Shown: in pieces, positions 13,123-25,812 of the stretch | Layout of the letters: the number at the start of each line of letters is the position of its first letter | How positions within the stretch are numbered: the first letter of the stretch is position 1 | Source: Bugula neritina | Lineage: Eukaryota; Animalia; Bryozoa | Length of the DNA: 64,000 bases | Direction: 5' to 3' | Assembly: GCA_964035545.1 (NCBI GenBank) | Contig: OZ037765.1 | Location: 7,388,698-7,452,697 of the forward strand | Translations under genes and position numbers: made by a program | Notes under the pieces: model-generated | Database searches by the model: none | The model's input: the letters and a program-made list of their open reading frames with translations, nothing else | What the model was told of the DNA's origin: nothing

Positions 13123-13988
13123 TCAGAGTCTGAAACGTTTCCTCTTTCTACATGACAAGATCTTGCATACTAAAAATCTATATTATCCAGGTTTAGTCAA
13201 GACGCTTTGTAACCTATATTATATCTTGGCCAGTGAACACTGCGTAGCAAATGGTTGGAATTGTTTTGCCTTGCTCTCAGGTCAGCTTGAAACTAAATAG
13301 TATCTAAAAACAGTCTTTGTAGTAAAATTTCTGTCTACTGCACACCACAAAGACAATGTTATGCTTATACATCTTTGTGTGCAGTTTTCAATGCTGACAA
13401 TTTCATTCATTGAATTTTTCTATAGCACATTATATTGTGAGCTTAACTGTTATATGTCAGACTCTTTCTATGTGTCACACATAGGTCCTTGATTGTGTTA
13501 GCATGTTAAATGCAACATTCAGCTTTTATGTGTTGTTTTTTATATAATTAATGAAACTTGATGCAATTCACTATTTTTCGTATGTTAGCTTTAAATATAG
13601 CTTTCATCTGCTCAATTTATAAACATTGCCAACTTCATTTATTGGTTTTTTGATGACAATATCTGTGAATGCTATGATAAACTTTTACAGTACACAACTA
13701 GTATAGGTATATTTTTAGTGCAATATTTTACTTAACATAGTAATGCTGTTTAAATGCTATTGTATTTACACAAATACACATAATACAGCTATAACAATAT
13801 GCCGAAAGACTTGTATAAAACTATACTCTTTTAAAACTGCAGATAAATGTAGTCATATGTATATCTCCAAGCAAATTTATTTGTATACATAAAACTCAAA
13901 ATTTTAATATAACTATAACTATAACTATAGCATATATGTGTAATCAAAAATAGTTCAAATATAAATTATTATAAAGATGCTCAGTTGT

Positions 13989-15981
13989 TTAGCTTTCTGC
14001 AGAAGTTTCATTTTCATCAGTTGGAGAAGGTGTAGGCAACTTTGGAGGAATCACGGGAAATTCCAGAGTGCCCCATTGTGTTCTCCTTTCTCCAAGTTCT
14101 TCTTCCAATTCCAACAACCTGTTGAACTTTGCAATACGCTCACCTCTTGCAGGTGCTCCTAACTTAATGAAGCGAGCCTTGCTAGCAACAGCCACATCTA
14201 CCAACAGAGTGCTGTTAGATTCATTCTCTCCTCCGGCCAGCATGACTGTGTTTCCACAATCAATCATCTTTTTAGCACACTCTGTAATATGAGTAACTGT
14301 GTTGCAGCCAGTTAATCTCATTACTAGCCCACTGGTGGCAAACTGGTGCAAATCCAAAGTTTGGTTTTTTAGCAGGCCTGGACGATCATATCCTTTTTCT
14401 GTGATAATCAAACATCGATCAGAAATTTCAGAGCACAATTTGTTCCATGAAGCAGCTTCTTCTGGTCTCACAGGATCTATTATTCCTATGATAGAAGGAT
14501 ATCGATTGCAGAGGTCTGTCCAAAAATCAGCCATGTCTTCTGATGCTTTGAGTGCACCAGTAACAACCTCGTATTTACCTTTTTCATAGTCAAAATAGTC
14601 ATGGGCACTAGAGTTTAGAACAAAGAAAAAATCTTTTCCCATTTCTAAGCCTTGTTGAGATAGGGCTTCAATAATCATATCTAAACCTTGCTCAGGCTTG
14701 TCTAACACAGGACAAAGAGCTCCAAAGTCATTCACATTTCTAGCAGTGACTCCTCCTTTAGCACACAGTAGCTTCATCAAAGCACTATGCAGTTTGATCA
14801 CAGCGGGAATGGCTTCATCGAATTTTATACTTGGACTTGGCACTACCATAAATTCTTTTACGCAATTGCTTTTACCCAAAGCCGCCTTACCACTATGCAG
14901 TATTGTGATGACCGGCAATGGCAAACAGATGGAGTAATCATCTCCACCAGAGCTTTGGATGAGGTGGTCAAAGATAGATGTACCTGCTAAGACAGCACTA
15001 GCAGTGCAGAAGGCCTGAGATAATGCAGTGACAGATGAAGAACCTGGATATAGAACTTCTTTCACTTTGTCAGGCACAATGGCAATCTAAAATCAAAAGT
15101 AAAAACTATTTATGTGAACAAGTTGCCATTTTTATAAAATTCCGCAAACTGCTGTCAAGTGAGAAAGAAATAATGCAGTCAACACATGCAAGCACAGTTT
15201 GAGTTTTTCTAGCCTATAATTTAAATCACTTAATAGAAACAACTGATCCCCAGGTTTAGATATTTTTCAAATGCAAATGTTAGTTTGTTCGGTTGTGTTT
15301 ATAAATTATATCAAATGTTTAGGAAAAATTCAATTTACCTTTGTACTGCTTTTTTAATTTTGTAGTTATACAAAATTTTTTACTTACCTGAGTAGTTTTC
15401 TTTTTACCCGAGCCTTTACCAGACTTTTTGTCTCCTTTTTTATTATCATCAATGGCTGGTTGTGGTGTTGCTTCTTCAGCTTGCCTGTCTTCATTTTTTC
15501 CCAGCAAAGCTAGTCTACGAGTTTCAACAAACGAATACACTTCCTCATCAAGTGCGTGTTGATGGGTAGGTTTTTTCAAAATCAAAATGTTTTGGATTTC
15601 ATCGTTAATCATATTGATAGCATCATCTACTTCAGCTGTTCGACCATCTTCAGTGTCTTTATCTTCATCTTTGCAACTGTCTACTAACTCTGAATCAATG
15701 CAAACACGAGATTCTCCTACTAGTTTTTCATTGTTTCGAACTTTACAGTATAATTTAGTTAGAATGGAGCAGCATCCTTTATTGTCTAACGATCTTATTG
15801 CTACTGCCTTAGAAATAGTAGGTGCCATGGACAAGTCTTCAAAGTACTTGCTGACATATCCGTTAACGTCTTCGGGCTGCACATGAAACATAGCATTTAA
15901 AACTTCTTGCATACGCATTGGAACTTTATTGTTGTTATAATATGCTATTGCTTGATCCTTTAGTTCCTCTTGGTTTTCCAT
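13989..15981 (-). CDS. ENO4: Enolase 4-like protein, about 563 aa, 2 exons (15981-15388, 15086-13989)
   Basis: N-terminus MENQEELKDQAIAYYNNNKVPMRMQEVLNAMFHVQPEDVNGYVSKYF, a Lys/Gly-rich insert, and the enolase C-terminal signature IKLGAPARGERIAKFNRLLELEEEL. Phase-0 GTAAGT...TAG intron at 15387-15087. Confidence 0.92.
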
Positions 15982-16059
15982 TTTTAACCAAGGGGTTTCA
16001 ATTATAACACAACAGATTGAGTAAGTACTAAGAAGACGAATTGAAAACCTCGCAATGTT

Positions 16060-16073
16060 GTTGCCATGGACGC
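16060..16073. promoter_or_regulatory. Candidate RFX X-box upstream of ENO4
   Basis: GTTGCCATGGACGC about 80 bp upstream of the ENO4 ATG: one perfect GTTGCC half-site, AT spacer, degenerate second half. Confidence 0.6.
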
Positions 16074-16675
16074 ATTTCCGCAAAGAAGTAGCTTGGCGGA
16101 GGAAGGCTAACTTTTCCAAGTTAGCGAAAAGCTTTCGAGTTGTCCTCTTTATTTGGCAATCTAACCTTTTGCCCGTGCTTCTGGTCGAATAAACCAGAGT
16201 GCCTTTTAAACCATGCTGGTTATGCGTCACCTTTCACCGCCTTCACTCCAGGATTAATCTGGTTATTGCTATTATAAAGTTATTTGTGGGTTTTAGCTTC
16301 AACACAGTACTAGCAGGAAGACTAATAATAATATTAGCGAGTACATAAACATTATCATTATCATTATGATTGTCTCACTCAAGCTAAACTTTTAATTGCA
16401 CACTCGGTCAAAGCGATTCGGATTTCAATTTGAAGATTGAAATTGAATATCCTTCGACTCTCTAAGTGTAAAAACTGAAGTAACCGCTGAAATTTAGACA
16501 AAGAGAGTGTGCTATCTAATCTTCAGTCGTCCGACATTATACAATTATGATTTGGTGATTATTAATGATATTTTTTATAAATATAAATAATAATATAATT
16601 ATAATCATATTTATTGGATGTAATACTAACTAGGTAATCATCAGTAAGACTAACTCTAAGTGAGTAACTTGTAGT

Positions 16676-16720
16676 TATCGGTGAATGTGATACTGATACT
16701 CAGTATCACATTCACCGATA
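16676..16720. repeat. Perfect inverted repeat, 21-bp arms with 3-nt loop
   Basis: tatcggtgaatgtgatactga-tac-tcagtatcacattcaccgata. Confidence 0.95.
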
Positions 16721-17086
16721 GTGGTATGTGATAGTGAGAACTTATTTACTCATTTAAACTAATAATAAACTTAAGGTATCTTAATCTTTACTCAATAAAT
16801 TATAAATGATAAGTAAAGGTAAATGTAGTTGCAAAGCCTTTGGGCTTGGCTTTAGACTTAAAAGTAACTGTAAGTGTAAGAGTTTTAAGGATAACTACAA
16901 GTTTGGTGATTTACTGAAGATAAAACTAAAAGTCAATTAAATCAATAAAAATACCTATAGTTATTATGTAATAGTTTTCTGCGTTGAACTACTAATGTGT
17001 GGGTTATGCGTGTGTTGCAAAACTAGAACATACTCTTTGTGTGTTTGAGAGAGAGAATTCAAATTGTAATTCGTGAGAGAATAAAT

Positions 17087-17380
17087 TGTATTAAGAACAC
17101 TTTATAATTAAAATTACATCAACTATCAAGGTAAAATAATATTAGTAAAAATTGTACACTAGTAATTGCATTAGTAACTCTACTATCCATCTGTTCCTGG
17201 GCGCACAAAGTGCCCTTCTTATGAAGGAGAGCTTTGTGTTAATTGGCTGATTGCGTTCCGGTTGTCAGGCCGTCGCGCGGCGTGGCGCGGCATCACAGAA
17301 TGCCGCTATGGGTCATCGTGGCTGGTAGTGAGTGCAGCATTTCCCAGAGTGCCGCACACGGCTTGGGATGCCTTAATACA
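17087..17380 (-). mobile_element. Probable solo LTR (294 bp); partial second copy at about 23150-23374
   Basis: Termini TGTATTAAG...CTTAATACA (9-bp inverted repeat, TG..CA). GC-rich body with a TATA-like CATAAGAAG on the minus strand. No clean target-site duplication. Confidence 0.5.
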
Positions 17381-17394
17381 ATATGTCCATAATA

Positions 17395-17800
17395 CAATGC
17401 CCCAGCGAGTCCAACATCTCTTCTTGATATCGTCTTCACACAACATTTTTACTTCTTCGGAAAGATCATCTTTTCTATGTCTTGACACCTCATTTTTCTG
17501 ATTTTGGCAAGCTTATAGAGGTTCTTTGTGCCATGTCCTTTGAGATCTTCATACAACATGCTATACACCTTTCTTTTGCTTTTACCACTTTCTCCTTTCC
17601 TGTTTCATTCTTTTCTCTATAGTCTCTCTTTTGCTTCAACCTCCCCTGGGTCCATCTTCAGTCTGTCCTTCACTCGCAGCCGCTCTTTGAAAGCGGCACG
17701 TTTTTGTTCTGCTGCTTCCTGTATCACTGGATTCCGAAACCAAGACTCTTTCTACAGGTATTTCACCCCAGATGTTTTTCATATGATTGCGTGAAATTTT
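17395..17800 (-). mobile_element. RTE-clade LINE ORF2 fragment (degenerate); second copy at about 23708-24070
   Basis: Minus-strand translation of the two copies (KEKVYSMLYED...TKMLYKL..TRKMRCQD...EDDIKKRCW) resembles the linker between the RTE endonuclease and RT domains. Frameshifted. Confidence 0.65.
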
Positions 17801-19299
17801 TCACACGTTAGCCTCATGTTTCGGCAGTTCACAATAAGAACACAATTTTTACTCCATGTTAGGCAAACCTTTACTACTATTCGTAAGACAGATGTACCGA
17901 TTCATGCAGTTGATAGTCTTTTAATCCAACTTTTGCCGCCAAACTGTTGATGAGATGGTTTCAATAGCAGCCCAGTCTTTTATCCTATTAATTGAGCAAA
18001 CCCATTTAATGTTTGTTACCTTGCCTTTTCCTTTGACAGTCACAACAATCCTTTTCCAGTTTTGCTTTGTTGAGTGGTGGCTTGTAGAAAAAATTTCTCA
18101 TTGTCATGTGACAGAAAAAATTCAGATTGTTAACATTACACATTGCGTTCATGCCGTAATGCAAGCAATCCAAATATGCAACAATTGATTTTGTGATCAA
18201 TGGACCTACAAGAATAGCGTATTGTGCATCCATTCATTTTTGTGGGTCTTGCCAATTCCAAACTTTTTTCCTAATTTCTCCCGAAGCCTATGCCTTGCAT
18301 TGTTTAGGTAAGAATGTTTACTATTCAACTTCATTGCAGAATAACAAAATTAGCTACAAGTAACACAGTGAAAGTTTACTAAAATGTATAATGTAATTAA
18401 TTCATCATACATGTTACCTGATTTTAAATTATTGAAAATCTGATGGGTGCTTGCCAATTAAAAGCCTTATTAACCATTAAAAATAACTCAAATTGACAAA
18501 AAAAACCAAAATCCTTCAGAAAATAAATTGACATTAAAGCATTTGAAAAATTAATTTTCACTACACCAAAACAATATTCTATCTGAAATGTTGAAAAAAG
18601 ATATAACTATTTGTATTGATTTTGTTGCAACCAGTTATACAAAATAAAGTCAAGAACCAACGCTATGATTTTCTGCGGCGCTTTGGTGCCTGCAAACTTT
18701 ATGCACATTCATCCCAGCTTGTATAGCTATATGGAGACTGAAAAGGAAACGCCTCTGACCTCACTGAGTAGAACGCGCTCAGAATGTAAATCATACAAGT
18801 CTCTACCTTTTAAATATCTCATCAAATGTCTCTCCCATCACATTTTAAAAGACTCAGCTGCTCAGAATGCCAGAGCCAATGAGAAGGGAGTTTGGAGTAA
18901 CACTTGCAAATAAATTCGAACTTGGTTGTTTGACCACTCACTGACATCAAAGCAACTGAGCCTAGTTTGCCACAGTTACTTCTGTTCACCAAGCATTTGC
19001 GACAGAATTTTGATTGAAAAATCTTTTTTATTCTGCAACCTAGAAATTGAACTCTGTCGATAAAAATATGTCATCTATTGCTCTGTTTTCCACATATCAA
19101 GAAAGCAGTTTTGCATTCACACCTTCATCTTCCGGAAATACTTTTACCCACACAGGTTCACCAGATATGTTTTTCTCATACTGGCTTTGTGTATCACTGA
19201 TTCTCAACTATAAAGCTCAGAACAAACACCACATTCACCCTCTCCAAGTTAATTTTATAGTTCTGAGTTTCTGTAAGTTTTAGGACTGTATCGGCCTTG

Positions 19300-20340
19300 A
19301 GTTCAAGCTGACCTATGTAGCATTTTCATTTCTTCTGTTTTACATTATCATCTGCATCGCACGTAATACTTGAAAATTAAATAACCAAAATGCTCATTTC
19401 TTTGTTGTGCCCATAATGACAATGGGGAAAGAGGCTATTATGTTTTTCAATTTTATGTTGAAAGGCTCGGCACACTGATGCTGTAAACTAGCAGCTGACA
19501 TACTCCTTGGTTTCCATCTATTCACTACTCCACAGAATGTTACATTTTACAAGTGCAAAATTTTAGAAGTCTGCTAGTTTCTTTAGTGATACTGGCGACT
19601 TCCAAAAATCATTTCCCCCACAGTGCACAATAGCTAATTTAGCTAACTCAGCATCTCTTTTTTCTGCAGCCCCAATAGTGTCCATTCTTGCCGAAGGATG
19701 CTCCATGCGTCCACTGCTAGTATTAGGGTATGCCAGAAAAGATACATGTACCATCTTCGAAACCATATTTTGAACTTGTACGCAGCTGCAATAACGTCCA
19801 AGTCAATGCTACCCATATTTTGTTATAGTCTACTACAATTGCTGGCATTGGAGACTTTTGGTATGCTTTTTCCTTTTTTTTACCCACCGTTTTACTTTTG
19901 CTGTTGGCTCCAATCTCGTAAAGAGATGAGAGGATGATTATCGTACTACCGAACAGCAATTATATTATTCTCTTCCACTCTGAAGTCCATGGAACCTTAA
20001 CCATTGCGCTTATATTGCTCTCTTCAATTAACTCGCAGTTGGCCATTCTGTTGACTCTGTCCGTGCGTGTATAAAACATCCCATGTTCCGTTGAAGCTTT
20101 TATCAACCTCGGAATAGTAAAAAAATTATCAGCATATACTTTATAGTTCGAATCTCTTGCCAGAGTTTCTGTAAGTTTTAGGATTATATCAGCCCCTAGT
20201 TCAAGCTTGCGTCGTTCCTTTGGAACCTTGGTACACATTAAAGTCGTACAATATTCCTGAGGACCCAAAATATGGGGCTTCCCTTTCAAATTTTGATGGC
20301 ACCGGGCTAGTTTTATCACAGTATTTGCACACTACTTCAT
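19300..20340 (-). mobile_element. piggyBac transposase relic (frameshifted)
   Basis: LELGADIILKL...YKVYADNFFTIPRLI...GMFYTRTDRVNR matches the piggyBac DN(F/Y)FT catalytic block. MPAIVVDYNK matches the P..V..YN..MGGVD block. Confidence 0.85.
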
Positions 20341-20811
20341 CAATGTTTGTTGAAAGGCTCGGCATACTGATGCTGTAAACTAGTAGCTGACGTACCCCTT
20401 GGTTTCCATCTGTTCACTACTTCACAAAATTTTATGTTACAAGTGCAAGATTTAAAAAATCTGCTAGTTTCTTTAGTGATAACTGAAGACTTTCAAAACT
20501 CATTTCCCCCACAGTGCACAATAGCTAATTTAGCTTCTTGTAATGGCATCTACAAAAAATTTCTGTCAACCTTTTCTGCAATTCTCAAATGATCAATTGA
20601 CATTTTCACGACATAAAATATAAATAAAATTTTTCAAGAACTTGAAAATTTTTATGATTCTAGTGATGGAATGATCCATTGGTAAATGCGGTATGCATTT
20701 ATTAATTTATATTGCTTGCTTTCATTTGTCAATTGGCCTACTCATTGTTGCTAACTATAGCAGCTGATCAGTTTAGAAATTGGTGGGATATTTCCAGAGC
20801 TTTGTTTAGGA

Positions 20812-21314
20812 CATGGGTGCTCAACCTTTTTGGAAAAAAAAAGCCGCAAAAAATTTGAGCCACCGTAAAGGCCACTAGAAAATGCAATGTCAATTTCACT
20901 GTCAAAACCCTCCATATATCATTAAAGCTTATTTTTAAATTTATGTGTTTATTTTGTCATGAAAAACAGATCCAGGAGAATAACTTGAATTGTTTAAGAA
21001 AGTACAAAGCACAGTGTGGTTTGATAATTTGGTTTAATGTCCGATGCCGATATGTAAAGAATATCGTCCAGATAGAAGTCCGTTAGCCTCTATCTGAATT
21101 TACTTTGGGCAAATCCCATTCGAGAGAATAACTGTTCACATCAATATGTACTAGCAGTCGTGATTCATATAGTAAACTTCGGAATTAGTAAAAAGCAAAA
21201 TTTAGGAAGGATTGAAACTGAACTGAATTCTCATTTTACTAAGAGATCAAAAGGCCACATTTACCAGCTCAAAAGACTGCCAAAAGTCAAAAGGCCGCAG
21301 GTTGAGCATGGCTG
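20812..21314 (-). mobile_element. Non-autonomous hAT (Charlie/Buster-type) element with 8-bp TSD and a transposase C-terminal remnant
   Basis: Imperfect TIRs CATGGGTGCTCAACCT / AGGTTGAGCATGGCTG. TSD gtttagga at 20804-20811 and 21315-21322. Internal minus-strand ASTY*CEQLFSRMGFAQSKFR*RLT matches the hAT dimerisation domain. Confidence 0.88.
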
Positions 21315-24300
21315 GTTTAGGAGTACTGCAGTTTGTTGATATTTGAATTCGGGACATACTGCCATTTACACCCACTGTAAAAATACTGTGTTTTGAAATT
21401 ACTGCAGCATTTTTGATCGGATGTCATTTCTTTTTATTTCATAACCAAATTCAAATTAACTGTGAATATGGAGGTAAAATTTGACACACCAACTTATGCA
21501 ACTAAAGTAAATATAAAAAGGAAAGATCAGTTTATTTCAAATGAACCGACATTTGTTAATAATATGTTTATATGCATGTTATAAGCACTAATATTTATGT
21601 TCTATTCATTTAAACAACAAAACCATTAGACAAACAGCATAATATTATCATGAGCGTTTGCTGAATCTCATAATATTTGCCAGAAAATCAGCAATGGTTC
21701 AGAGATTATAAGCAGTAGGGATTGAGTCCCTACTGATTATAATCTGATCGAGTCAATTGAGCTCCACACATTAAACGCAGATAGACTATTTGTTTGATCT
21801 TAAGAGAGCATATGAAAAGTTTCATTAAGCCCTCCTTGTCGGCTTTCTTGACTTAGCATTATACTTCTAAACATTCTTCCAAGATACTGTTGTTTGTTTT
21901 TACCAACTAAGTTTCAGCAATTTCTTCATCCTTATTGTTAAGCAAATTCTCCCACATAATATCAAAGGATTTCAATTTATTTTCGGAATCCTTCAAATCT
22001 GCTTCAGCAACTCCAGTTTTCGTTCGGCATGTTTTAGCATATCTAATTTTGCCTCCAGACCGGTACTTGATTGTTGTGACACATTTTTCCTTGCATTGTG
22101 GGTACTAGGAGTTGTCTGCCTCAGGTGTTCCTGAGCTCTCCATTGTCTTTGTAGACATGTCTAAATTTGGTGTTCACCTGTGATGTACGCATCGGTGCTT
22201 CTTTAAGAATGCAACTCTAAAAAGATGGAATGTAGGAACAGGCTAATTTTATAAAATAATATTTCACCAGATGAAAATACATATGTAATATGCAAGACCT
22301 AAGCAATAACAGCATTTCTTAGAGCCTACCTGCACTGAAGAATAAAACTGAGCACTACTAGTAGAATGCGTTCATCATTAAACACTACAGAACTTTTCTC
22401 AGAAATTTCCAGAGATAAGATTAATAAAATATTTATGATCAGTAAGTTGATGGCCATTTTTTATCGTTGCCACAAATTTTTTGCTTTATAATTAAATACC
22501 TGTATATATTACATAAATTTCATTGTCAGCACATTGCTGAAATAATTTAATTAAATACAAAGTATTTATAATAGTTATTTGAACTAGTACTGCTGCAAGA
22601 CAATTTTTTCACGATATATCTTGAAAACTGTCACAGTAATTTTATTCACAATGAGATCTATGTTACTCAAGGAAACATGCTTTTGAGCGTAATAGTAATT
22701 TGCTTACGTTACTTTTTCAGTATATTGGCCTTGCTTTTTTGTTGATATGCTAGTTTTTGTGATGTCTTTTTTTCTTCAAATTTCAATGCTTCATTTTTCT
22801 AGAAAATTAGTTTACAAATCAACTTTTTGATTCTTTGGTCAGCTATATTTTGAAACCACAAGTTTGATTGAAAGCCAGTTCTCTTTTCCAGGCATGCTAT
22901 GTATTTGCATAAGGGAGACAGTGCCTTGCTGCACTCAAGTCAACTTCTGATGTGGGGCTGGTTCACTGAATGGAAATCTGTGCTTAAATTCTACTTTGCC
23001 GAAGCAGTACAGGAATTCTGGGTGGAACTTTGTTTGACAACACTCCTTCTGAGTTGATTTTGGAAAATCGATAAGCCATTATCATCTTTGTACTAATTAT
23101 TCTGCTGTCTTCACGAAAGACAACTTGATGCCTGACTTGACTTGTTGATAGTAAAAATTGTACACTAGTAATTGCATTAGTAACTCTACTATCCAACTCT
23201 TCCTGGGCGCACAGCGTGCCCTTCTTATGAAGGAGAGCTTCGTGTTGATTGGCTGTGTGTTCCGGTTGTCAGGCCGTGGTGCGGCATCACAGGCTGCTGC
23301 CACGGACTATCGTGGCTGGTAGTGAGTGCGGCATTTCCCAGAGTGCCGCACACGGCTTGCAATGCCATAATACAATTTGTTCATAATACAATACTTCCAA
23401 GTGACTAACGCATAGATGGAGTTCAAAGTATGACGTGGGGGAAGAGGGGTAGTATGACATGTCTGACGGCCATCATACCCCCACCATCAGAAAGTAAGCT
23501 TTCTGATACATGGTACGCAAAAAATTGCTTGTCGTTCACTCAACTGTTCCGATTCCCGAGTTATCAGTCTGAAAATCACACCCTTCTGTAGGGGACTTGG
23601 TGGAGCAGTTGCAATTGGGCTGGCTAAGTGAGAATGGGTGACTCCATCTCCTAATGTAACAGATTGTTTGAGATTTCGTACTCTACACTGCTGTCAGCAA
23701 TATTTATGTGCCCCAGCAAGTCCAACATCTCTTCTTGATATCGTCTTCACACAAAATTTTTACTTCTCCGGAAAGATCATCTTGACATCTCATTTTTCTG
23801 GTTTTGGGAAGCTTATAGAGCATCTTAGTGCCATATTCTTTGAAATCTTCATACAACATGCTATACACCTTTTCTTTTGTTTTTACCACTTTCTCCTTTG
23901 CTGTTTCATTCTTTTCTCTATAGTCTCTCTCTCTTTCATTTCAGCCTCCCCTGAGTCCATCTTCAGTCTGTCCTTCGCTCTCAGCCACTCTTTGAAAGCA
24001 GCACACCTCTGTTCTACTGCTTCCTTTCTACAGGTATTTCACCCCAAATGTTTTTCATGGCGGTGAAATTTTTCTCACGGTGTCATGTTTCGGCAGTTCA
24101 CAATAACACAATTTTTACTCCATGTTAGGCAAGCCTTTACTGCTATTCATAAGACAGTTGTACCGATTCATGCAGTTGATGGCCTTTTTCGATCCGACTT
24201 TTGCCATCAAATTGTTTCAATAGCAGCCCAGTCTTTTATCTTATTAATTGAGCAAACCCATTTAGTGTTTGATACCTTGCCTCTATCTTTGACAGTCACA

Positions 24301-25812
24301 ACAATCCTTTCCCAGTTTTATTTGTGTTGAGTGGTGCCTTGTAGAAAAAATTTCTTATTTTCTTGTGAGAAAAAAATTCGAATTGTTGACATTACACATT
24401 GTGTTCATGCCGTGATGCAAGTAATCCAAATATGCAAGAATGGATTTTGCGATCGATGGACTTACAAGAATAGCGTTACAGTGCACCTATTCATTTTTGT
24501 GGGTCTTGCCAATTCCAAACTTTTTTCCTAATTTCTTACGAAGCCTACGCCTTGCATTGTCTGGGTAAGAATATTCAATATTCAACTTCATTGTAGAACA
24601 ACAAAATTGGCTACAAGCAACGCAATGAAAGTTTTCTTAAATCCATAATATAATTTATTCATCATGTTATCTAATTTTAGATATTGAAAATCTGATGAGT
24701 GCTTGCCAATTAAAGGCCTTACTAACCATTAAAAATAACTCATCTTAACAAAAAACCAAAATCCTAAAGAAAATAAAAATTGACATTAAAGCATTTGAAA
24801 AACTAATTCTGCAGTTTGTTGCTATTTAAATTCAGTACATGCTGCCATTTACACCCCACTGTAAAATACTGCGTTTTGAACTTACTGCAGCATTTTTCAT
24901 CAGATATCTTTTTTTATTTTATCATCGAATTCAATTTAACTGTCAATATGGGGAGGTAAAATTCGCCACCCCAACTAATGCAACTAAAGTAAACGTAAAA
25001 AGGAATGATCAGTTTATTTAAAAATAACTAACATATATTAATAATCTGTTTATATGCATGTTATAAGCACTAATATTTATGTTCTCATTTAAACAGCAAA
25101 AACAAGAGACAAGCAGCATAATATTATAATAAGCATTAGCTGAGTCTCATATTTACCAGAAATTCAGCAATAGTTCAGAGAAGAATATAAGCAGTAGGGA
25201 TTGAGTCAATTCAAGGCACATATTAAAGGCAGATAGACTATTTGTTCGATCTTAACAGAGCTCATTGAGCATGAGAAGTTTCATTAAGCCCTCCTTTAAG
25301 AATGCAACTCTGAAAAGATAGAATGTAGGAACAAGCTAATTTTATAAAATCATATTTCACCAGATGAAAATACATATATAATATGTAAGACCTAAGCAAT
25401 AACAGCATTTCTTAGAGCTTACCTGCACTGAAGAATAAAACTGGGCACTACTAGTAGAATGCGTTCATCATTAAACACTACAGAACTTTTCTCAGAAATT
25501 TCCAGAGATAAGATTAATAAAATAATTATGATCAGTAAGTCGATGGCCATTTTTTATCGTTGCCACAAATCTTTTGCTTTATAATTAAATACATGTATAT
25601 ATTACATAACTTTCATTGTCAGCACATTGTTGAAATAATGTAATTATATGCAAAGTAAATATAATTATTATTTGAGCTAGTACTAATGCAAGGCAATTTT
25701 TTCACGACATATCTTGAAAACTGTAATAAGGGAGACAGAGCCTTGCAGCACTCAGGTCAACTTCTGATGTGGGGCTGGTTCACTGAATGGAATACTGTGG
25801 TTAAGTTCTACT

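Noticed and set aside
13338-13384. 3' UTR hairpin as a SECIS element
   Set aside because: It lacks the ATGA/GA quartet and apical AA, and neither flanking gene has an in-frame TGA.
13977-15886. Plus-strand ORFs overlapping ENO4 (and similar antisense ORFs over the LINE and TMEM145)
   Set aside because: Antisense shadows of real coding sequence with no recognisable motifs.
15982-16230. 83-aa N-terminal extension of ENO4 in the ORF track
   Set aside because: It starts at a non-ATG codon and runs through the promoter. Homology begins at MENQEEL (ATG 15981).
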